From Paraspadella gotoi (lineage: Eukaryota > Animalia > Chaetognatha), in the NCBI GenBank assembly GCA_051294375.1, contig CM119264.1, positions 12,154,263 through 12,218,262 on the forward strand: a stretch of DNA of 64,000 bases. Reading direction: 5' to 3'. A program made the position numbers and the translations under genes. The notes beneath the pieces are model-generated. The model ran no database searches. It was not told where the DNA came from and saw only the letters and a program-made list of their open reading frames with translations. Positions 39,744-64,000 of the stretch are shown here, piece after piece (the first letter of the stretch is position 1; each line of letters begins with the position of its first letter).

Positions 39744-41026
39744 TCTGTAATTAAAGGGGGTCAGACAGAATTCGCAGTTTCGAAAATTTAATATGTTTTC
39801 CGGAAAAATCTATCTATCTATCTATCTATCTTTAAAACTTGATATTCACAACTGGATTGCCTGCTTGTCAGACCCCACCCCAAAAAATCCATACGATGTA
39901 ATTTGAACTTTTGAAATTAGTAGAGTTATTTTTAGTTCATTTTAAGAATGAGAATGAGACCTCAATATAATTTCCATATTGTAATCTAAAAGATCCGAGA
40001 AATAATCTAAATTCTTACAAAAGTAATAATATGATATGCCATTTCATGAAACGAATATTTATATGTTTTGTTATTTATACGTTATAAGTTAAATTTAGTT
40101 TGGCGTAGGAAACCTTTCACCCTTTAGCTTAAAATAAAAACTTAACTCGATACCAAACTTATAAAAAAAAACTCCGGGGGGGAACGCAAATCTATGAAAA
40201 ATAAGGTACCTGAAAATATTATTTATCCCGAATGTAGCATTTATTTCGCATACGACTGGTCGCGTACGCAACAGAGTAAAATAATCATAGAGGTGATCGC
40301 GTTTAGATGGGTCCAAATGCTGATAATTAAAATCGATTCGTAGATAGATTCAAGTAGTAAAATGTTTAGGCTAAGTACAAAATGCGGGAAAATTTGGGAC
40401 GAGAGTCAAGGCACAGATTAGTATTTAAAGGTGCCCCTGAAAAAAAAATTGAATTAAGAAGTAATGTCGATTTAAAGTAGCAGAGCTAAAACAAAAAACT
40501 TTTTCACCAACATTCCAAAATGACCGTCGAATCATTTCATAAAAGGCGATAATTTTTTTTTTCTTTTCAAGAATGCAAGGTTGAGAATGATTTAAATACA
40601 ATCGGATTAGCTTTCTTTTTCTCCTGTTTGTAAAAAGAACAGCCGGCAATTTTGTGTTGTAAAAGGTTTCGGGAGTCGGGACTGGGCGAGAATAATCACG
40701 ATTAAATTACGTACATTTATAATCGTATTTAAATAAATTGATATGTGGGTTTATTGCTGGGCAACGATCGACGATAGGCTATTAAAGGAGCAAAGAATGA
40801 ATATTAGAAACGAAATGAAGTGCATGCCAAATAAAGCCAAGTGAAATATCAAATAAAAAAAATCGCATTCAAATTATCAACTTTTCAAAAAAAAAAAAAA
40901 AAAAACCCCTTCGGTAAAATTTACTACATAGTCGGCTTCGATCATAAACTACCTTAATCACTGAGGGGAAGAAAATAGTTCATTTTAACATTCAGTCACC
41001 TTCACCATTTTCAATAATCTGAATAA

Positions 41027-42125
41027 TAAGGCGGAACAAAGTAAAAACTAGGAGTTTTGTAATATAAATAACGTTAAAGTATCCGCAAGCGAACAAAATT
41101 TAAAAAAATATTAAGTATAGGTAATAGGTAATATATAATATAGCATATAAAGTTTATCGTATTACTATAAATCAGAAAACAATTTTTAGAATCTATGTTT
41201 TTAAAAACATATCTGATAAAGCTTTAAAAAATAAATTAAAAATATTGTTACTCAATTTTTAAATTCTTAAGTTTTATCGGTACAAATTAACCCTTTTTAA
41301 CTTGGGGTAACTGCACTCAATGGGGTGAGTCAAAAATTTAGAGCGAGTACGTACTCAAACGAAAATTTATACATTTTTAAGTATACATTCAATGGACAAA
41401 AAATTTCTTATATGGCTCTAAACCTTAATATTTATTTATAAATAGGAAAGGCCAAAAATTGTTTTAAAAAAATTTTAAATTTTAAGACCAGATTCAGATA
41501 GCTCATAAAAAGTTGTCTACACAAAATATAATTCTTTTTTAAATATTTTTATGATAAGTAGGTCGAAAATAAGAAAAACCGTAAAAAATCATTATCATTT
41601 TTCAATGATTTTATCGGGTTTTTTAGATTTATATTGAGAAAAAGTAAGAATTTTTAAAAGCTGTAATTATATTCTTGTTTAACTTTTATGCTCTGACAGA
41701 ATCCTTAAAAAAATTTTAAGATTTAAAAACAATTTTTTTTATATAATAATATATTAATTTTAATTAAGATAGTACCTTTAGAAAAAAGCATTTTTGACAA
41801 AAAATATTTTAATTCCATAATCTATGCTCATGATAGATTGATTTTAACGCTGTATACATTAGCATTTAAATTTCATCGACCACTTATCATCAAATTATAC
41901 TTTGTATTAATAACTTTTTATGGGTATTCTGAATCCGTTCTTAAAAATAACATTTTTAAAAAAGATTTTTCATTGGCCATGCATTGATAAATATTTAAAT
42001 GCCTCAATGTTTTACTATGTATGCTTTACTAGTTAAAATTTTTTTAGTATAAATCGATTAAGTATATAAAGGAAAAAATAATTTTGTATTACAGAACTCC
42101 AAATGATAAAAATTGGTCCGCCTTA
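41027..42125. mobile_element. MITE family B, copy 1
   Basis: Ends are TAAGGCGG...CCGCCTTA. Termini and the internal GATTCAGATAGCYCATAAAAAGTTGTCT block are shared with 48716-49324. Confidence 0.75.
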
Positions 42126-42493
42126 CTGAATAAAGAATCGCTTTATTCAGTTCGTTAGTAGGAAAACTTTAAAATTCAAATTTCTAAATTCTAAAAATAA
42201 AAACACTGTTAGAAACATCAGCTTACTGGCCCGGCTGAGTTTTTTGAGATGAGTTTATTATGCGAGCGAAAATATCTTTTCCCTTTCGAGATTCCGCAAA
42301 AGGAAAACTAGATACTGATTACTGAGCGGGTTTTTTTACGATCGAGCATACGGACGACGCAGGCAGGGGTAACGGATCGACTCGCTGTCTCAGTAATTAG
42401 CGCCTTGGCTTTGCGAGAGTGCAAAGTTTTTTTTTATTGGAGGATCGATTTCAAGGGAATTCTCGTTTAACATGATCGACGACTGTCGTCGCC

Positions 42494-52237
<9,744 letters not shown>

Positions 52238-53712
52238 CACAGTAACGCGAAGAAGTAAAACCGCTGATTGGAACGCGTCAAAGGGGGCATGTTTTTTTCT
52301 TTTTTTAAATGTTGTTTAGGACGCCTGAGTAGTTACCAGAAAAGTCTCGCGAAACGAGTTTTTTCTTTGAATTTCAAGTTTGATTACATTTTAAAGCGAA
52401 TCGTCAAGTCGCTTGTGTGTTGGGTTTGAAAGCGGGCGATCGAGAACTTTGTCGTTAAAAAAAATAAAAAATAAGCGACCGGGGAGCGGAATGCATAGCA
52501 AAGCCGCTTTCCTAAATTAACCACTAATTTTTATATAGGTTCTTTTATATAAGAGCCGTGAAATCTTTATGTTATATTAATTTATATTCATAAACTATAA
52601 AACTGACAAAAATAAAAAATCTTAACCCGAAATCTAACACTTCGCTGAACTTCTGAACGGCTTTGTGTGTCATTGGCTAAATGAGGTAAAACAACGGCAA
52701 TTCGTAAAGGTCGGCAATTTGTAAATTTATAAATTACTAGAAGCTAGAACGTTACACGCTAGTCTTTTTAGCTTAAATTACATCCAAGTGGAAAAAAATG
52801 TAAAAATAAAATTTATTTCCAGAAGGTCGATATAAAAAATGAAGTCAGAAAATAAAAGCTGAAAATTTATGGTAGTTTTATATGGATTAATTTTTTTGAC
52901 CAAGAACGCCAAACTTTTGTCCGGAAAACCTGATATTTTTCCTCTAAATATTTTCCAAACAATTTTAATTATTATTAATCTATAATTACAAAGCCCCAAA
53001 TATTCATTGCGTCCTCAAAACTAATATGAAAGTATGACGATCGTCAGGAATTTCGATGCAACAAGAGAAGTGGGCGACTTTCGCATATCAATGCTGAGCC
53101 GAAAAGGGAAACCTCGGAATTTTGTCGCACTCTTGAAACAAAATGCAAATTTTACTTTTAACAAAAAAATCTCAAGTCGTATTTTCACAGAAAAAAAAAA
53201 ATTAGCGGGAAAAGCCGTGAAAACTGCCGTGTGTAAAAACAGAAATAGCGTAAGAGTCCTCCTTTAAGACAAACATGGCCTCATTCAATATTGAAATTCT
53301 CTTACGAAGGACCGAAGAGGAATGATTTACGAAGAGGGCTAATGAGAATTCTAATCACAGGAAATTTAATTATCCCTCGTCAAAAGTGAATCGACGCGAA
53401 TCCGTTTAACTAGAGTCACTGTGAGCTTTCGAGTATTTCTAAATAGGTTTTTATCACTAATCACAGGGAAAAAAGCCGAACTGAGGTCAAACCTTTCCCC
53501 CACTTCTCGACCATCTTCTCGGAGGCATCCGATGACTGAAATTAGAATCCCGAAGAAAAGATAAGATAAACAAAAAAGGGGGTCAAGCAACATCACTTTC
53601 CCCAATGGCGTGAAAAAAAAGGAGTAGAAAAGGGAAAATCACTGGGTTTTCCTCGTCCTCGCACCTCGACTCTCAAAACAAAACGAGGTCGAGAGAGACA
53701 GGGAGAGGAATA

Positions 53713-53814
<102 letters not shown>

Positions 53815-54529
53815 CGATGTGAGAAACCGAGATAATTTGTTTTTTCCTATTCATCTATTTTCCTTCCTTATTTCGAAATATCCTAAAAATCGAGCAGGTC
53901 TACGACTCCCTACCATTAATCGCGTCAAGACCCAAATAATGAGTCATCGATGCGAGTTCCCGCTAAGATAATTCGTTTATTGTTTATTGTCAAATTTTGC
54001 AAATTTTCATACCTAAAGAAATTCTCGGAGTACGGACGCCCATCGGAGAAAAAGTTATAATGAAAAGGGCGTGTGTGGTAGTTAAGACTTAGGTGGCGGT
54101 TGACTGTCATTTTAAAAATAAAGCTTTTTTCTGGCAAGATTTTGTTCCCACCCACAAAATCAAAATGTAAATTTTTTACACCCCGTTCATAGGAAAAAAC
54201 TTTGTAGGATAAGGACTTATGTCTAATATGATGATTAAGATAACAAAATTGCAGATTCAAATTTGAAAAACGATGCTCAAGACGATGAAAAATATTTGTC
54301 GTCGAGGAACGTGTGAAAAGATTTGTTTGTTCACACTAAACTGAAAGAGAAATTTCAAGAAAGAATAAGTCTAGATCTATGCGGTTTGATCAGTTACCAA
54401 AGCGTATAAAGATGAATTAAACCATATACGAAAACTTATAAAGCACATTGTTTGTAACCATACATAAATAATACATACGTAGTAAAACTAAACGTCTTCT
54501 TTAGAAATCCCGCCCGGTACATCCAACCT

Positions 54530-54597
54530 TTTTATCAGCCGCGACGCCAGACTTCAGTCTTTTCGCATCGCAACGTCATTCTTCGCGCGAATTGGTG
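54530..54597 (-). promoter_or_regulatory. SECIS element (type II) in the SELENOS 3' UTR
   Basis: Minus strand reads AUGAC-GUUGCGAUGC-G-AAA-AGAC(UGAA)GUCU-G-GCGUCGCGGC-UGAU: AUGA/GA quartet, 10-bp helix II, unpaired AAA and an apical mini-stem. Confidence 0.92.
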
Positions 54598-54740
54598 CTT
54601 TTTTGAGAGTAATTCGCGGACGAAGGTCAAACGGACGGGGGAAAATTAAAACCCGATTCGCTATAGTTCCCTTTCTTTTCGCCGACGCTGTTTCGTCCAC
54701 ATAAAACGGAGCGACGCAGTCGTTCAAAAAGAAAGGAAAG

Positions 54741-55596
54741 TTAACCTCATCCTCCGCCGCTGCCGCCGAAACCGCCCCGTGGCGCCGGGCGGTATCCTCC
54801 CGATCCGCCGCTTCCGCTTAAGGGATTGAAGTCGTCGCCGCGAAAGTTGCTTCGCCGTGGCCTCATATGTGGCGGCGACGAATCGGTGGCCGAAGCAGAT
54901 GTATCGTTCTCCTCGACGCGATGTCGGGACTTGGGTTTGTAGCCGTGACCGGCCTGGTAGCGTTCCCAGTCCTCGATCTTCTCTCTCCTCAACCGTTCCT
55001 CCTTCTCCCGCTGTTTCTCCAAGGCGCGCTGGGCGGCGGCGTCCTGTTCCTCCTGCAGACGACGCACTCGTTCATCACGGTGCAACTGTTGCTGCAGGAG
55101 AGCGTCCCGGTCTTTAGCGTAAAGAGCGCTTTCCTCCCGGGACTGACGGTGACGCAGAGTCTCCTCGAGCTTTCGTTTGAGGAAATAAAGAGCGACGCAG
55201 ACGATAAGGATGATCCATCCGTAGGACTGGACGAATTCCAAGACTAGATAACTGAGGGAGAATTTAAAAAAAAAATCATTTTAGAGAAATTCTATACCCA
55301 AATACAGGTTATTTATTTATATATAAATATATTCGCGTCTTTGCTAAAAACAAAAACAAGTAAAATCATGCTTACAAAGTTTCCGAGATTCCGGAGGGAG
55401 TTCGATTATGGGGACCATCGCGTTGATCAAAGGCTGAAAAGAATAAATATTAAATAAATAAAAAAATAAATAATAAATAATAAATATTTGTGTTCTAATT
55501 AATTCATCATCAACACAAAGGGTGGACTTTACCCGAATGAATAGCGTCTTCTTCATCCACTGTTTCTACTCGAATATCATCAGCCTCAGCCTCCAT
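54741..55596 (-). CDS. SELENOS: Selenoprotein S (VIMP); TGA at 54747-54749 read as selenocysteine; 3 exons
   Basis: TM segment (YGWIILIVCVALYFL), coiled coil, FNPLSG motif and Gly-rich tail ending GGA-TGA-GGT-TAA (G-U-G-stop). Exons are 55596-55533, 55433-55376 and 55251-54741. A SECIS lies downstream. Confidence 0.92.
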
Positions 55597-55703
55597 CTCT
55601 ATCAAAACGGACTTATAAAAAACAATCGATAAAAATAAAAATCACAAAATTAATAGACTAGAATCAACGACCAATAAAACAATTTTTGTATAATCTAAGG
55701 AGA

Positions 55704-58573
55704 TCAAACTGAGTCCGCTATCTTTTCCATCATCGAGTCTCCGTTGACAAAGGATGTAGTGGCGATGAGAAATTGCAATCCGCGCACTTTACCCAGGAAT
55801 CGCAAGGCGGCTACTTCCGCGAATGTCACTCCGCCTAGAAAGTAGACTAGGACGGCGCTGCCGGCAGGAGTCGGTTTGGGGACAGCGGCGCCTGAAACGA
55901 ACCTGGCGGAAGCCGGAGCGCGCTTTCCCTCGTGACACCTCGTCAACAGCTCGAGATTCTCTATGCTCGCCTCGTAGCCCCGGGTTAGGATCTCCTCGAC
56001 GATACGACAAGACAGTGGACTGTAGGCGCCGCTAAAAACGTAGCTCATTGAAGTTGGGTTTTTAAGGTCCGCGTTCTCACGCTCTCGATCGCGAGGAACG
56101 AGTTTGAGTTTTGAGTTGAGCCGTGCGAAGGAGGAGGATTTTAAAGTGGCAAAGAGGTTACGGGAGACTTCGCCGGAGGATTCCTCGAAAGGCTTAAAAA
56201 AGCCAAGCTCGCGAAGAGCGTGGAATAAGGCGAGATGGTCGTAACCATGAGCTTGGAGAAACTGAGTTTTGAAGGAGGCATACTCTCGTTCGGAAAGTCC
56301 GTCTGCCACCAGAGAAGCAAGGCACAAGATCCGCAAAGCGTGCAAAGGGTCCGTCTGCTGGGCGAGATGGTCCTCGATGTACGCCGTCGTCTCGGAATCG
56401 AGCCCTCTGTCGATAAGCGTGTGTTCCGCCCTCAATCGATCCTCGATCGCTCCGTCGGGGCCTATATTCAGAATTGAACTGTTCAGAAGTGGTAAATATA
56501 ACACAAAAATAATTCTAACCTGTTGTTTTCTTTATAATATTTTCGCAAGCGCTGATGTGGAGTTCCAAAGACTTGTGTGCAGCTTTCAGGACCATCATTT
56601 GGTTACCGACAAAGTCCTTCATTTCGCCGACGGATGAGATGTCGTGACGCTTTTCGAATTCAGACTGTAGACTTTTGGCTTTATGCTTCAAAAACCTAAA
56701 GTAAAGCGTTCATTAAAGAGTCATGAAAGCGCAGTGAAGTCTTGCCTTCCCGCCCTCACCCAAAAACGTTAGTGAAGTGACGATTACGAACTTCCTTGTA
56801 AATTTCATCGTCGTTCGTCAATAGCATTTTTGTGGCGCCTTTTTTGCCCGTAATCTCCTCGGGAAAGTCGACCATGCAACAATCAATGTCATAATGCTCG
56901 TCCAACATTCCTTCAAGTAATGCAACAAAAATGTACTCTCTGCCCGCAACCGCCCGTTAAAATTATTAATGAAATATCACCTTCGTAAGTAATTTGCGTC
57001 ATTAACGGCGTTATAAGGTCCAAGTTTCGATCCAAGACGATAGCGGTATGAATTTGCTTCTTTGCGCCCATATCAGTCACGGGCATCGAAGAAAGAATCT
57101 TCTCGACGTGACAAGCATTGGCGCCCAAAGTGACAATGTTGGAGAAAGGTCCGAAGATTGTTTGAAGGTTAGCCATAGACGCTGCAACGGTATGCAACCA
57201 AAAGGAGTCGTGCTCGAGGTATACGTTTCTGTTTCGAGAAAAGTTCATTGTTCGTTCAGTATTAGTCATAATTGAGTTAACTAATTCTGATTTAACTTAA
57301 AACTCAGGACAGCAGAGCAGGCGCAGCGGGCCCAACCTGAAAAACATAGGTAATTCAAGAGACATGAGGTCATCGTCGAGCGGAATCAAATCCAATTTAC
57401 AATCCTCCAATATCACGTGACCGTAAACGCCTTCTTCTTCTAATACTTGTTCACAAACAAAAGATTTGCGAGGTACAAAAAGGATGGTCGTCTACAAGTG
57501 TAACGAGATGAAAAGTAGGAATTTTAAATAACTTCGCATATTCCGTTAACTATTAGATAATATTTAACGAAATAAAAATAAAAAAATAAAAAAATTATCC
57601 ATTCATTTAATAAATAAGCTATCTTGCCTCTGACTTTGGAAAGGCTTTGGTGGTTTAAGGCCTCCATCATTCTTACAAGATAATGACATAGCAAGTCCCA
57701 GCAAGCTTTCAATCAAGACTCTGTCTTTTTTATTCGCTCCCAAAGTACCTGGCTTCCTTATCAATGAAGCGGTATAATATTTCAAAGAATGTTTCAATTG
57801 TATGACTTAACGCATTATCAGTCTTTAGTAGATATATATGTCCAAAGTCAGGGGCAAGATAGCTTATTTATTAAATGAATGGATAATTTTTATATTGGTT
57901 GTACCAATTTCATATGATGGAGACGTTAGAGTGTCTCGTGCTTCCCAAGCCCGGCCGGCGCCCGCCGGCATCGCCCACAACAATCCTCCTCTAATAAATA
58001 TATATATATATATAAAATTATATATATATATATAGTACTATACTATAATATAACATACATCACTCGGTCCAATGTTTAATATACGTGCCTTAATAGGTAA
58101 CGCATTGGGGTTCGATCGCTGCTTAGCAACCGCCGTCGTCACATGACCTATTATCATTCGAACATTTTCCACCGTCGGTCTTATCAGATAAATTCGCTGA
58201 ATATCGCCATTCATCTTTTCTGAAACGAATTTGATGATTGAAAAGCAATTTTCGCGAATGCTCCGAAGTCGACGTTACCTTCAAGCTTAAAGATTCTTTG
58301 CGCGCCGTTTTGTTTAAAAAACGAGGCTCCTTGCACTAATCGATCAAGAGGACGCATCAATGAGCTTGATGACAATTTTTGGACAAATAAGTATTTACAT
58401 TAACTGAAAACATAAATAGTAAATAAGTAGGTTTACGAGACTTACCTTTCCATAATCAGATCAAACCCGTTACGTCCAGATACGCTAACTAGATGTCGTT
58501 CCAAAATAATTCGGGCAACTTGTCGTAAAAGAGACAAATCGGGAGGAGCAACGGTACTTTTTAAGGCAGCCAT
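55704..58573 (-). CDS. VPS33B: Sec1/Munc18-family protein Vps33 (most like VPS33B), multi-exon
   Basis: PPDLSLLRQVAR; LIPLDDDLMSLE; VLDRNLDLITPLMTQITYEG; MSYVFSGAYSPLSCRIVE; VLVYFLGGVTFAEVAALRFL. Confidence 0.85.
57590..57915. repeat. Dispersed repeat family A: forward copy plus inverted partial copy in a VPS33 intron
   Basis: 57590-57800 is forward and 57838-57915 is the reverse complement of the core. Confidence 0.8.
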
Positions 58574-58791
58574 CTCCGCAGAACTTTATCAAATAGTTAG
58601 CTTTTGACCTTTCACCTACGTTATTTGTAACTGAGAAAAACACAAAGTTTTAAAAAATCTTAAAAAACGTCAACAGTAAAATAATCAAGGGTAATTGGAA
58701 TGAATATTTTGTCTCGTTAAAACGGAAACAATTTAAAAATGTATGAAACGAAACAGTAGTAGTACTATGGCACTTGAATGAACGCAGATCT

Positions 58792-62599
<3,808 letters not shown>

Positions 62600-62787
62600 T
62601 TTCAAGATGGGACGCGATTAGTCAAACAACTTTGAAGAAAAAACAAGCAACGTAAAAGTAAACAATGACGAAAATAAAAAATATTGATCACAGTCAAGCT
62701 TTATAAAATTTTATGGCGCCACCGTCCTCAAACTTTCAAAAAGATAATTGAAAATAACAGTTCTGGTTTCTTCATCAGCTCGTTTTT

Positions 62788-64000
62788 TCATTTAAAGAAC
62801 GCGGAGAGTTTTCTTTGGCCTTCCACCAATGGAATTATCTTTCTCCGCGCCTTGGGTTTGTCTTTTTTCGCCAACTTGGGCGCTCTTGGGACGGGTTTGG
62901 CTTTATCATCGTCAGGGACGAGGATCGAGTTTTTGTTTTCAAAATCGTCGTCGTCGTCTCTCGGTCGCTTGGCTCGCGAAGTCGTTTGCGTGTCGGCGCT
63001 TGCGGACTTCGTCGCTTCCCTCACCTCAGCCTCTTCAAACTTGGTTCGAGACATCATCAAGGTGGGCCCTTGTGCCGTCGCTGCCGGATCATTTTCGTCG
63101 TCCGCGAGGGGGGCGCAGGGCGGACTATCTGTCATGGCCCACGACCTCGCCGATTCGAACTTTCGGTTAAGCGGGTTACGTTCGCGAAGGACGGGGCTTT
63201 GATGCGACTGCGACGACAACTCTCGAGGCCGCTGGAGAGTTGGAGATTGCTCGACTTTGGGAGACTGAAATTGCGACCAGAGTGAAGGAAACCGAACCGG
63301 CGTCGCGGTCGACGAGTACGCGTCGTCGAGTATGCCACCTGTCGAGTTAAGCCATCAGTTGACTAGAGAACGAAAAGTGAATCCCAGAAAAAAAAATCAA
63401 TTACCCGCAGTCATAGTTTTATCGAATAAAGAAGCCCCAGCCTCTTCATCCATAATAAATTTCAAAAGTTCCTTCGTCTTCGATCCACAAACTCCTAGTT
63501 TTTTCTTCGTTTCATCGCCGCTCGATGGCAGCGATACATTTAAAATCGACTTATGCAGTTTAAAATGGCCGTGCTTGACAAGAATCATTTCCTAAACAAA
63601 CATTATCTAGAACATTACAAAAATCGAAAATTGTATTGTTCACATAAAATTTGCAAGTCGTTTCTTACTCTGATTTTCTTCGCAGCTTTCTCTACGCTGG
63701 TGATTCTTAATCGATTGTCGCGACTTTTGCAAATTGAATTTTTCAGAAGGTTAACGACTCTTATTAAACTTTTTTCAGGTTCCTTGTCTCCTTCTTCAAT
63801 TACGTTCTGACACTGAACATAAATTAATCAAGGAAACGGATAAGCTGACGTATTTCGAATCAGGACGTCGTTAAATTTGACAAACCTTTTCGATGAGATC
63901 AACGAGTTCGGAAAGACCCTTTACGTGAAGATTGAGAGGGCAATCAACTCCTGCTTGATAACCGTTTCCACCCAGCTTGATGCGAACAACAAATGAGCTT
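62788..64000 (-). CDS. PARPBP: PCNA-associated recombination inhibitor PARI (PARPBP); 3' part only, 5' end outside the window
   Basis: SFVVRIKLGGNGYQAGVDCPLNLHVKGLSELVDLIE resembles the PARI motif SFIRTIELGGKGY...LRTHVKGLSNFINFID. The extreme C-terminus carries a PIP box, GQRKLSAFFK*. Confidence 0.8.

Noticed and set aside
41298-41311. Nematode SL1-like word (minus strand TTACCCCAAGTT) as an SL RNA gene
   Set aside because: The match is short and imperfect, no GT donor or Sm site follows, and it lies inside a MITE.
62788-63219. PCLAF/PAF15 or POLD3 call based on the PIP box
   Set aside because: Upstream exons match the PARI LGGxGY...HVKGL motif, and the terminal PIP position fits PARPBP.

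Overview
Gene-dense stretch of an invertebrate animal genome: CpG-rich exons, AT-rich and often short GT-AG introns. The taxon cannot be fixed from the sequence. All 13 recognisable host genes are on the minus strand. In transcription order they are PARPBP(PARI), MCM7, VPS33B, SELENOS, FAK(PTK2), beta-Heavy spectrin, ANAPC2, SRSF3/7-like, PCNA, sororin(CDCA5)-like, RAD51, TPX2 and NUF2. Two blocks (PARPBP-MCM7-VPS33B-SELENOS and PCNA-sororin-RAD51-TPX2[-NUF2]) have stop-to-ATG gaps of only about 107-232 bp, with U-rich tracts and apparently unpaired 3' splice acceptors just before most ATGs. The best candidate for an undescribed system is therefore a functionally coherent cell-proliferation operon or cluster (probably SL trans-spliced) headed by an E2F/CCAAT promoter. 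Other signals: a Sec-TGA plus a type II SECIS in SELENOS; a Penelope-type minimal hammerhead ribozyme in a NUF2 intron; an ~20-copy CDK-site minisatellite in sororin; a RAD51 with DMC1-like loop-1 residues; two orphan antisense genes nested in spectrin introns; several MITEs; and a LINE remnant with a 4x hairpin array. Gene names come from my recognition of motifs, not from database searches.
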